Assembly: GCA_963850905.1 (NCBI GenBank)
Contig: CAWKMU010000004.1
Span: 224,001-288,000 of the forward strand
Source of the DNA: an uncultured Gemmatimonadales bacterium
GTDB lineage: Bacteria > Gemmatimonadota > Gemmatimonadetes > Gemmatimonadales > Gemmatimonadaceae
Reading direction: 5' to 3'
Length of the DNA: 64,000 bases
Made by a program: the position numbers and the translations under genes
Shown here: positions 28,947 through 38,227 of the stretch, one piece after another
Numbering within the stretch: the stretch's first letter is position 1
Layout: the number at the start of each line of letters is the position of its first letter
Notes under the pieces: generated by a model
Databases searched by the model: none
What the model was told of the DNA's origin: nothing
The model's input: the letters and a program-made list of their open reading frames with translations, nothing else

Positions 28947-28962
28947 AGCAACTGCGTTGCCG
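28947..28962 (-). promoter_or_regulatory. sigma54 (-24/-12) promoter for the pilin
   Basis: Minus strand CGGCAACGCAGTTGCT = GG-N10-GC with TTGC, about 100 nt upstream of the pilin ATG. Confidence 0.65.
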
Positions 28963-29711
28963 CTCTTACCGCAGTTCGTAAGTCACTGCGCTGCCGTCAC
29001 TTACAATCCTACCCCCGGCGTCGGGACCGATTTGAATGCCGCAACCTGCGTGGCGTTTTGCACGGTGCACGCATCACAGGTATGCTCGCGACGTCACAAC
29101 GCGCGCTAGCCAAGTACCGAGAGCTGCGACCTCATTGATTGACCCTTTCGCGGGTGTCATCCCGCCGAGTGGCCGCAGGCAGATGGCGATCCCGCGCACA
29201 AATCTCCGATCCGGCTCGCGCGCCGACGGCACACACACATCTGAGTCAGTCGCGACTCAACCCCGCGTGAAGAGGTCCGGGTGGGCCGCATTAAGAATTT
29301 TCATTCACACACGCACCAGGAATCTTTCTTCCCAAATGTTACGGCACGATGCCACAACGTTTATGACAATTTTATTCGATCGCGCCAATTACCAAATCTA
29401 GATTCCCCGCGCTGATGGACAGCCGACGCTGCATCACCTGATGCACGTCTGTCCGCCGCGCGGGTATGCCGTCGCGCGGTGGTGTGGTGGTTCTGTCTCA
29501 ACCGGGCGGCGGATTGGGTTGCTCCCTAACGGGGCTTGCTCTCGCGGCCACGAGCCGAGCGCGCAGACGCTCGCTCGCGTTCCGACCTATTCGGATTGAT
29601 CGCTCCGGAGCCGCGGGCCACAACGCGCGCCCGCCCCCGTAGGCGCGTAGCCACGAGTGACACCGCGTTTTCCATTTATGCCCATACTCCTCGTTTCTCA
29701 CAGGGGGACCC

Positions 29712-32700
29712 GTGAAACAACACTTCGTCGGCGCGACTCTCCGCGTTCGACTAGGGGTGATCGTCGCGGCCGCGTCGTTCCTAGCGGTCGGAGCGCGAGC
29801 CCAGGAAGCCAATCGCATCTCTGGCCGGGTGATAGACGCCGCTGAGCATCAGGTGATTCCGGCGGCGCAAGTCGTAGTCACCGGCACCACGATCGGCATT
29901 AACACGTCGGACAGCGGCACGTTCACGTTCCGCGTCCCGCTCGATGCGAAGACCATGACGATCCGGCGCATTGGCTACCTCGCGCAGACCGTGACGATCA
30001 CGCCAGGGAAAACGGACTACACGATCAGCCTCACCAAGGACGTGCTACGCCTCGAGACACAGGTGGTCACTGGCGTGGCTACCTCGGTCGCTTCACAGAA
30101 CGCGGCCAACGCAGTGGCGGTCGTCACAACTCAGGAAGTCAACCAGGTACCGGCACCAACGCTGGAGAACTCGCTCGAGGGCAAGATCCCCGGCGCGGTC
30201 ATCGAGTCTAACAACAGCGGTGCTCCCGGTGGCGGCATTGAGATTCAGGTGCGTGGCGTCACGTCGATCTTCGGGAACACCGAACCGCTGTACGTCGTCG
30301 ACGGTGTGATCGCCGACAACGAGACGGTGAACGCCGACGAGAACGCGATCAACGGATCCGGCGGCGGCCAGACGTCTACGGGTCAGTTCGTGTCCGGCGC
30401 ACCAAGCATGGAAGACAACGCTCCGAACCGCATGGCTGACATCAACCCCGATGACATCGAGTCGATCGAGGTACTGAAAGGCGCGTCGGCATCGGCGATC
30501 TACGGCTCCAAGGCGTCGGCCGGTGTGGTGGTCATCACAACGAAGAGAGGCACGAGCGGCAAGGCCCGGTGGACCGTCAATGGTCAGGTCGGCCACTTCG
30601 ACCTCGCCAACACAGTCCGGGACCGCACGTTCCCGACGCTGGCCAGCGCCCAGTCGTGGTACATCGAAGACAAGACGCACGACACGGCGCCTGCCAAGGT
30701 CGCCGCGGACAACGCGTTCATCGCTGGGATTTATGGCGGCAACCAGGACTACCAGACACAGCTCTTTGGGAATCCGGCCGCCGCCTATCAGACGAACGTC
30801 AGCGTCAGCGGAACGTCGGGCAACACCCAGTACTACCTGTCGGGACTGTCCAAGTATGACAACGGCATCATGTACAACACGGGCTACAACAAGCAATCGA
30901 TCCGCTCCAACATCACGCAGCAGTTCTCGGCGCCGATCACGGTGTCAGCCAATCTGAACTACCTCCACACTGTCACTGAGCGCGGCATTCTCGGGAAACG
31001 ACAACATTGGTATCAGCCCGTACAATGTCTTCTCGTATACGCCGCAGTTCGAGAACCTGCAGACGGAGGGTCCGGACGGCGCGTGGCCATTCAACCACTT
31101 TGGTAACGCCAATCCGTTCGCGGACGCGGCAGAGATCAACACGCCGCAGGAAGTCAGCCGCTTCATCGGTGGCGGCAGCGTCAACTGGACGCCGTTCAAG
31201 ACCGAGCACCAGAGTCTCCAGCTCTCCGCGGTCGGCGGTGCCGACCTCGCGAGCCTCCACGACTTGCTGTATGCGCCGCCGTCGCTGCAAGTCGAGCAAG
31301 AAGTCCCAAGTGGACTCCCTGGGACGTCAGTCTCGAACGTGGCTCAGATCAACTACCTGAACTACCAGCTGAACGCCAGCTATCGATACACCGGACTCTC
31401 CTGGGCGGACGCCACGACCTCGGTCGGTTTCACACGTGACCGCCGCGAGACCTCGAACCCGGTGACGATCGGCTACAACCTGCTCGCCGGCGTCAACTCA
31501 CCGACGGTCGGCACGGTGCAGCAGAATTTCTTCTTCCATACCGAGTCGCTCGACCAATCGTTCTATGGTCAGGAACAGCTGCTGCTGCTGAACAACCGTT
31601 TCACGTTGACGGGCGGTATCACGGGAGAACGGTCGACGAACGATGGCGACATCACGAAGTTCTACTACTACCCGCACTACGCCGGTTCATACCGCATTCC
31701 GCAATTCGTCGGGTTTATCGACGAGATCAAGCTGCGCGCAGCCTACGGTCAGTCCGGGAATCTCGCCCCCTACGGTAGCAAGTACACGCCGTACTTCCCG
31801 ACGCTCATGGATGGCGGGAACGGCATCGCGGCGAATTCGCAGCTGGGCGACCCGTCCATCAAGCCGGAGTCCGAGACGGAGGCCGAATTCGGCTTCGACG
31901 CGACGATGTTCCATTCGCGGGCGCAGTTCACCGCCACGGTCTATCAGAAGCGCCTGACCAACCTGCTGTTGTCGGCCGGCGTCGCCCCGGGGTTCGGGTA
32001 CTCGAACACGTTCCTCAATGGTGGCGAGTTCACCAATCAAGGCCTCGAGCTCTCCCTGCAAGCCACTCCGGTTCAGCTGCGCAACGGATTTACGTGGGTC
32101 TCCACGCAGACGTTCTACCGGAACTACAGCGTCGTGAACGCACTCCCCAGCAGCGGCGGCGTCAACAACGCGCCCTTCTTTGCCGGTCCAAGCTTCGGCT
32201 ACGGCGGCGACGAGTTGGCGCTCGGCCGATCTGTGACTGAGCTCAACAACGAGATCCTGCAGGACCCCAACGGCGACTACGTGCAAGACGGCGACTTCCT
32301 GCCGAGCTACACCGTGACCTCCGGGAACGAGCTCGACTTCAAGGGATTCCGGATCTACGGCTTGTTGGAGTGGAGCCGGGGCGCGAGCGTCGTGAACCTG
32401 ACGCAGCAGTATTTTGACGTCGGCCCAGAGCTGGGGGCGGATTCCACAGCGGCCGCACTTCGCAACGCAGGCTTCAGCGCCGGCCTCGATCCGTACGTCA
32501 TGGGTGCCAGCTTCCTCAAGGTGCGCGAGCTCACGCTGAGTTACCAGTTGCCGCAGCAGTGGGTGAATCGCGTTGGTTTTGCGAAGCTCTCGAGCGCGCG
32601 TATCTCGGTCAACGGCTACAACGTATTCTCGGTCTACAAGTACCCGGGTCCGGACCCGCAGGTCACAGCGTTCGGCGCCCAGCAAGTCGGACGCGGACAG

Positions 32701-32760
32701 GATGTAACGCCCTACCCGCCAGCACGCAGCTACTACATTGGTCTCGATCTGGGGCTCTGA
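29712..32760 (+). CDS. SusC/RagA-type TonB-dependent receptor #1 (one apparent +1 frameshift near 30989)
   Basis: Signal peptide, IRRIGY N-terminal domain, EPLYVVDG plug, DINPDDIESIEVLKGASASAIYGSKASAGVVVITTK, C-terminal YPPARSYYIGLDLGL. The intact paralogue reads RGITGND across the break. Confidence 0.92.
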
Positions 32761-32761
32761 C

Positions 32762-34336
32762 ATGACACACATACAACTCACGAATTCACCGCGCAACTCA
32801 CGCGCGCGCTGGATGGCACTGGGCGTCGCTGCGGCGGTCGCGGCCCTCGCCGCATGCGCCGACAGCAACGTGCCGTTCTTCACCGCACCGACATCCGTGC
32901 CGAACTCGCCGGGCGGAGTGCAGAATTCCGTCACCGGCATCTTCTCCGCGATGCGCAACGACTTCGGGGATTTCATCATCGAGGTGGGTGCCGGCTACTC
33001 TCGCGACGGCTCCGTGTTCGTGGCCACCGAGGCGCGCACCGTCGAGTACCCGCTTGGCGTCTTTCCGGAGCCCGCCACGTGGGCAGGCGACTGGGCACAA
33101 GAGTACCAGAACATTTACCAGGCGCACGCCACATTGGCCACGATCCCCAAGGTCGGGCCCCCATACACCGCGGCGCAGGCGGAGGCCGTCTACGGCGTGG
33201 TCGCGACGTTGGAGGCGATCAATTATATGATCGTCGCCGAGGCGCACGATTCCGACGGCATCGACATCCAGCCATATCCCAACTCGACCAACCTTCCGCC
33301 GGCGACCTGCCTCAAAGACGCCTGGCAGTACATCACCGCGTTGCTGGATAGCGCGGGCGACAGCCTCGAGGTCGCTGGCAACATCCCGCTGCCAGTCACC
33401 GTGCCGAAAGGATTCGCGGGCGTTGGCAGCACGGCCGGCCCAGCAAAGACTCTGGGCTCATTTGCCTCGTTCAATCGGATCTTGGCTGCAAAGGCGTACC
33501 TCGAGCTCGCCTACGCCATTGCGCGTAATCCGGGCAGCAACGTCAACCTGCGGCCCGGCCTTAACTCAGCTGGCAGCCCCGATCCTGCGTCCCTCGCCAC
33601 TGCGCTCGCGCGCCTCAACGCGTCTGCCATGTGGGACCCCACCGGCGCGTCGCTGGCGCCAAACACGCCCGGATCATTCTCTGCCGACTCGCGTGACGTA
33701 ATGTGGGATTTCAGCGCGCAGTCGGGTGACCAGATCAACCCGATCCAAAGCAATATCGGCACTATCGCTCAACTGAAGGACATGGTCGCCGACGTGGATA
33801 CGACCAACGACCTCCGCTGGAAGGCCAAGTTCATTGTCAACCCAGTCATTGTGGCTGGCGGCCAGGTGCAGCAGCCAACCTACAGCCCGGTTGCCTCGCA
33901 ATACGTCTACGCCATGTCGCTCTCGCCCGGATCGACGATCCCGCTGACGCGGGAAGAGACGATCACGCTGTGGGCGGCGCAGATCCAGATGGCGTTGGGG
34001 AATAACACGCAAGCGCTCGCGTACGTGAACAACGTGCGCACGATCGTGGGCGGCCTCCCCCCGCTGCCGGCGTCGGTCGCCTCGACCTACCCGACCATGC
34101 GTAACGCTCTGATGAAGGAGCAGCGCATCTCGACGACATGGGAATTCAGTTTGGATCGGACGATCGCGATCCGGATGTATGGTCTCGCCCAGTACGCCGA
34201 TACCACCTGGTCGCCCCCTGGTGGCATAAGCGAAGACCCGGCGATAAAAGTGAAGGACTCGCACACGACCGTCGAACCGATCCCGTCAAACGAGCTCGAC
34301 GGGCGTGGGGGAACGTACACCACCCAGTGCAACTGA
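32762..34336 (+). CDS. SusD/RagB-like lipoprotein #1
   Basis: Lipobox LAAC; starts 1 nt after the SusC stop; helical SusD-like segments (EETITLWAAQ, VNNVRT, LMKEQR). Confidence 0.85.
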   Translation: MTHIQLTNSPRNSRARWMALGVAAAVAALAACADSNVPFFTAPTSVPNSPGGVQNSVTGIFSAMRNDFGDFIIEVGAGYSRDGSVFVATEARTVEYPLGVFPEPATWAGDWAQEYQNIYQAHATLATIPKVGPPYTAAQAEAVYGVVATLEAINYMIVAEAHDSDGIDIQPYPNSTNLPPATCLKDAWQYITALLDSAGDSLEVAGNIPLPVTVPKGFAGVGSTAGPAKTLGSFASFNRILAAKAYLELAYAIARNPGSNVNLRPGLNSAGSPDPASLATALARLNASAMWDPTGASLAPNTPGSFSADSRDVMWDFSAQSGDQINPIQSNIGTIAQLKDMVADVDTTNDLRWKAKFIVNPVIVAGGQVQQPTYSPVASQYVYAMSLSPGSTIPLTREETITLWAAQIQMALGNNTQALAYVNNVRTIVGGLPPLPASVASTYPTMRNALMKEQRISTTWEFSLDRTIAIRMYGLAQYADTTWSPPGGISEDPAIKVKDSHTTVEPIPSNELDGRGGTYTTQCN

Positions 34337-34382
34337 GGCACGCTAGCGAGCAAGCGACAATGTGACCGTGCTGTTGTAACAC

Positions 34383-34417
34383 CGAGGGCCAGTCGCGCGG
34401 GTCGTGACTGGCCCTCG
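34383..34417 (+). terminator. Hairpin after SusD #1
   Basis: CGAGGGCCAGTCGCG-loop-CGTGACTGGCCCTCG. Confidence 0.65.
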
Positions 34418-34511
34418 ATGCGTTTGTGACGACGATACGGATGGCCAACGATGGCTCGTGGCCTTCTGCGAAGTGGCGCGGACGGTGTCGTGTTTGCGCG
34501 CTGACGATTCC

Positions 34512-34549
34512 CCGGTACGGGCGACGCTTTGCGTCGCCCGTTGTTGTCG
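34512..34549 (+). repeat. REP-like hairpin copy (degenerate)
   Basis: CCGGTACGGGCGACGCTTTGCGTCGCCCGTTGTTGTCG. Confidence 0.75.
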
Positions 34550-34656
34550 CCGCGGTCGGTTGTCATTGAGTAATTTTCCCGCGGACGAGATTGCCAGTGC
34601 CAATCAGTTGCCGCCGGTCCGTCCACGCACCACGCCTTCCCCGGAGAGATGTTCTA

Positions 34657-35205
34657 GTGCCCAACGCCTCGAGCCCTGCCAAGACCGTCCTGCTGACAAT
34701 CGGTGCTTGCGGACTGCTGATCCTGCTGTGCGCATTCGTCGCGATGAGAACGGGCGCTATGCCCGCAAACGCGGACGCGAAACCGGGACGACTGGAAACC
34801 TGGGCAGCCAAGCGATCCTTACACGCCACGCTCGATCGAGAGGGGAAACCGTTGAAGAGTCCCTTGCCGATCAACGACTCGGTGGTCACCCAAGGTGTGC
34901 ACCTCTACGGTACCTATTGCGCGGTCTGCCACGGGACATCGGACGGCAAGGCATCCGCGGTCGCGCGCGGTCTCTATCAGCACGCACCACAATTCGCCAA
35001 GGACGACGTCACCGACGATCCGATCGGGGTCACCTACTGGAAAATCACCCACGGCATCCGCTACACCGGCATGCCGGCCTTCGACTCGACGCTCACTGCC
35101 GACCAGCGCTGGGCGATCGCCACCTTCCTGCTCCGCCAGGACTCGCTCACACCGTCAGCTGCCGCGGCGTGGAAGGGGCTGCCCAGCGCCGTCGAGGCCC
35201 GCTAG
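34657..35205 (+). CDS. Membrane-anchored monoheme cytochrome c
   Basis: CAVCH heme motif, GIRYTGMPAF axial Met region, N-terminal TM; GTG 34657 after GGAGA. Confidence 0.88.
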   Translation: MPNASSPAKTVLLTIGACGLLILLCAFVAMRTGAMPANADAKPGRLETWAAKRSLHATLDREGKPLKSPLPINDSVVTQGVHLYGTYCAVCHGTSDGKASAVARGLYQHAPQFAKDDVTDDPIGVTYWKITHGIRYTGMPAFDSTLTADQRWAIATFLLRQDSLTPSAAAAWKGLPSAVEAR

Positions 35206-35281
35206 GGGCGACGCATTGTGCGCCGTGAATGGCCCTCGCGTTTTTGCAGTTACCCCAAACCCCAGACCCCAAACCCTAGAC
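35203..35281 (+). repeat. Degenerate REP-like copy plus (CCCAAAC/CCCAGAC) heptamers
   Basis: TAGGGGCGACGCATTGTGCGCC overlapping the stop codon; cccaaac cccagac cccaaac cctagac at 35254-35281. Confidence 0.7.
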
Positions 35282-35294
35282 CCGCGTCGTTACG

Positions 35295-35855
35295 TCACCG
35301 TGGCCAGAGCCATCCAAACGTGCCGGCGGTCACGAGCCCGTAGACCAGGCTGTCGAATACCTCCTTGAGCGTCACGGACCACGGTCGCCCCCACCAGATT
35401 GATTGGGGGATCTGTCCTCCGGCATATCCGAGCCAGGCGACGAGGCCCACAACATGGAACACACGCGAGTAGTGAGCGCCAGGCGCAACCGTCACGCATG
35501 CGACAGCCGCAGCGCCCAACGAGATCACGATGGAAAAGATGAACCATTGAACGAGGCTGGGCCCCATTGACGGTGGCCCGGATGGCCGGATGGTCAACAC
35601 GGCCACCGGGCCCTCGGCAAACTTCTGCAGCGTTTCCGGACTTCGCATGGCCTCCATGCCCGCCGCCCAGGGAATGATGTACTGCGCGGGCGTTGGTTTA
35701 CCGCTGCGGATGGCGGCGCGAACGGCATCTTCGTTGGGCAGCTTGACGTAGTCTCGATTGTGGTACCGCAACGCCATGTGGATGATGCTACTCGCCACGA
35801 ATACGAGCACGGCGGACAGCAGGATCGGCAGCCAGAGATGAGCCAGCGACACCAT
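35295..35855 (-). CDS. Conserved hypothetical membrane protein
   Basis: MVSLAHLWLPILLSAVLVFVASSIIHM..., four TMs, C-terminal GLVTAGTFGWLWPR; GAGGGG RBS. Confidence 0.8.
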   Translation of the reverse strand: MVSLAHLWLPILLSAVLVFVASSIIHMALRYHNRDYVKLPNEDAVRAAIRSGKPTPAQYIIPWAAGMEAMRSPETLQKFAEGPVAVLTIRPSGPPSMGPSLVQWFIFSIVISLGAAAVACVTVAPGAHYSRVFHVVGLVAWLGYAGGQIPQSIWWGRPWSVTLKEVFDSLVYGLVTAGTFGWLWPR

Positions 35856-35944
35856 GACACCCCCCTCGTTCGAGTGCGAGCCAACGGCCACGTGCGGGGC
35901 GACAATTATAGCCCCACCGTGCACCGCCGTCGACCGAGGAACAG

Positions 35945-37027
35945 ATGACACAGAACCTGCCAGCCCCAGTGCCGCTCACCACCGGTGGAGCAGGTGTCCC
36001 GCGGTTCGAAGTCGATGCCGCGTGGCCTCAACCAATGCCGGGGAATTGGATGGTCGGACAGGTCTCCGGAGTCGCCGTGGACTCGCATGACCACGTGTGG
36101 ATCATTCATCGCCCCACATCACTGACACCGAGCGAGGCGGGTGCGGCCCAGAATCCACCAGTCGCGGACTGCTGTGTCGCGGCGCCACCCGTCCTGGAGT
36201 TCGATCGCGACGGCCGCGTGCTCCGGGCGTGGGGTGGTCCATCGAATGAATACCACTGGCCCGCTAGCGAGCATTCGATCTGCGTGGACCGTCGCGACAA
36301 CGTGTGGATCGCGAGCAACGGCCCGTCGGACCACGTGGTGCTCGAGTTTTCGACCGACGGACATCTCCTGTTGCAGATCGGAGTCGCCGGCAAGACCGGC
36401 GGTAGCAACGACACGGCACTCCTCGGCGCACCAGCAGCAATCGAGGTCGACGACGCGGCCAACGAGGTGTATATCGGAGACGGCTACGTCAACCGGCGCG
36501 TCATTGTCTTCGATGCGACTACCGGGGCGTACAAGCGGCACTGGGGCGCGTACGGCCGGCGACCCAATGATGCGGACCCTGGACCATACGATCCCGCAGC
36601 GTCACCCGCCCAGCAGTTCCGCACACCTGTCCATGCGGTCCAGATCGCGCATGACGGCCTCGTGTACGTGGCGGACCGCTCAAACGACCGGATCCAGGTT
36701 TTCCACAAAGACGGGACCTTCGTCAAGGAAGTGTTCGTTGCGAAGAACACCCGCGGGATCGGCTCAGTGTGGGACATTGCCTTTTCTCATGATCCCGCCC
36801 AACAGTATCTGTACGTCGCCGACGGCACCAACCATAAGGTCTGGATCATCACGCGTGCCGACCTTCGAGTCGTCGGTGCGTTCGGCCGCGGCGGGCGGAA
36901 CGCCGGCTATTTCGGATGGGTACACAACATCGCGGTCGATTCGAGAGGCGACGTGTTCACAACCGAAGTCGCGACGTACGGACGAGTCCAGAAGTTCCGC
37001 CTCCTTGGCCCGCCGCTACCGCGGTAG
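35945..37027 (+). CDS. NHL-repeat six-bladed beta-propeller (PAL-like)
   Basis: FEVDAAWP, GVAVDSHDHVWIIHR, YVADRSNDRIQVF, HNIAVDSRGDVFTTE. Confidence 0.85.
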   Translation: MTQNLPAPVPLTTGGAGVPRFEVDAAWPQPMPGNWMVGQVSGVAVDSHDHVWIIHRPTSLTPSEAGAAQNPPVADCCVAAPPVLEFDRDGRVLRAWGGPSNEYHWPASEHSICVDRRDNVWIASNGPSDHVVLEFSTDGHLLLQIGVAGKTGGSNDTALLGAPAAIEVDDAANEVYIGDGYVNRRVIVFDATTGAYKRHWGAYGRRPNDADPGPYDPAASPAQQFRTPVHAVQIAHDGLVYVADRSNDRIQVFHKDGTFVKEVFVAKNTRGIGSVWDIAFSHDPAQQYLYVADGTNHKVWIITRADLRVVGAFGRGGRNAGYFGWVHNIAVDSRGDVFTTEVATYGRVQKFRLLGPPLPR

Positions 37028-37064
37028 CGAACGGGACCACTCGAGCCAGGGAATCGCCCGTGGC

Positions 37065-37084
37065 GCGACGCATGCGTCGCCCTC
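37065..37084. repeat. REP-like core palindrome (possibly reverse orientation)
   Basis: GCGACGCATGCGTCGCCCTC. Confidence 0.6.
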
Positions 37085-37157
37085 AAGAAGGACGGATCGG
37101 TCGTGTGGTGCGGGAGTTGCGGCCAACACACTCTGTGATGATACGGAACCGCAAAGC

Positions 37158-37550
37158 GTGAAGAAACGGGACCGCAAGGCGGACCGGTCCGGCCTGCAAC
37201 CAGGGCCGCAGGACCACGCCGAAGGCGATCACGGGCCGAAGACGCGCGCGCGGCTGCGTCAACAACTGCAATCGGGCACCCCCCGACGGCCAGCCGAGGA
37301 AGTGGTCGAAGAGGCCCGCCACAACGCCGCGTATCACGGCAAACGACGTCTGGTCGAGGACCGCCAGCAGCACGACGAGGCCGAAAAGAACAGCGAACAC
37401 ACACGCCTCTTCGTCGAGCATATCCGCGGTCGCGACGACGGTCCGAGCGATAACCTCGGCAACCTCCACGGCGTGCTCGGCCACCGCGAGCACCGATCCG
37501 ACTACAAGACGCGGGGACGGGACGGGTTGCGCGACGAGAAGAAGCGGTAA
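37158..37550 (+). CDS. Hypothetical highly charged protein
   Basis: GTG-start 130-aa ORF rich in H/E/D/R (QDHAEGDHGPKT, RQQHDEAEKNSE) with GC3-rich codons. Confidence 0.6.
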   Translation: MKKRDRKADRSGLQPGPQDHAEGDHGPKTRARLRQQLQSGTPRRPAEEVVEEARHNAAYHGKRRLVEDRQQHDEAEKNSEHTRLFVEHIRGRDDGPSDNLGNLHGVLGHREHRSDYKTRGRDGLRDEKKR

Positions 37551-37630
37551 CGCAACCGCTGGGATTCCCCCCTGTGTTATCCTGCTAACCCCTCCCGCGG
37601 TTACTCACCCCCCGCAAGCCGGAGTATCCC

Positions 37631-38128
37631 GTGCCTAGCAAAACACCCAACGACGATGCCGCACGTCGGCAGCTCGTCCAGGGGCTCCAAGACGATCTCG
37701 CCCGCGAATACAAGGCCATCATCCAATACGTCATCTTCAGTCAGAAACTCGACCGCGCCGAGTACATGAACATCGCCGACCAATTGATCGAGCATGCACA
37801 CCAGGAACTGAACCACGCACTGGCCATCGCGCGGCAAATCGACTACCTCGGCGCCTATCCCGTCCATCAGCCCAAGACGGTCGAGGTGTCCGAGGACAAT
37901 GAGGAAATGCTCTGGGCCGACCTCCGCGCCGAAGACGACACGATCAAGAATTACCGGGAGCGCATCCGCCAGGCCGATGCCCTGGGTGAGATCGCGCTCT
38001 CCGAAATCATCCGCGGCATCGTCAAGGAAGAGCAAGACCACCAGATCGACCTGGCTACGGCGCTCGGCGTGACTCCCGACGAGCGGATCCGTACAGAGAC
38101 CGGCGGCCGCAAAAAGACGCCACGTTAG
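37631..38128 (+). CDS. Ferritin-like / bacterioferritin-like protein
   Basis: DLAREYKAIIQY, QELNHA, DLRAEDDTIKNY, EEQDH di-iron ligand pattern; GGAG RBS. Confidence 0.88.
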   Translation: MPSKTPNDDAARRQLVQGLQDDLAREYKAIIQYVIFSQKLDRAEYMNIADQLIEHAHQELNHALAIARQIDYLGAYPVHQPKTVEVSEDNEEMLWADLRAEDDTIKNYRERIRQADALGEIALSEIIRGIVKEEQDHQIDLATALGVTPDERIRTETGGRKKTPR

Positions 38129-38147
38129 GCAACTGAACCGGCATAAG

Positions 38148-38195
38148 AAAAAGGAGACCGCGGCGGGAGGTTTGTCCCCGCCGCGGTCTCTCCTT
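38148..38195. terminator. Bidirectional terminator between ferritin and DegP-like genes
   Basis: GAGACCGCGGCGGG-loop-CCCGCCGCGGTCTC with upstream A-run and downstream pyrimidine tract. Confidence 0.8.
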
Positions 38196-38227
38196 CCTTA
38201 TTGCCTCTCCTTTCTCCTATCCCCTTT

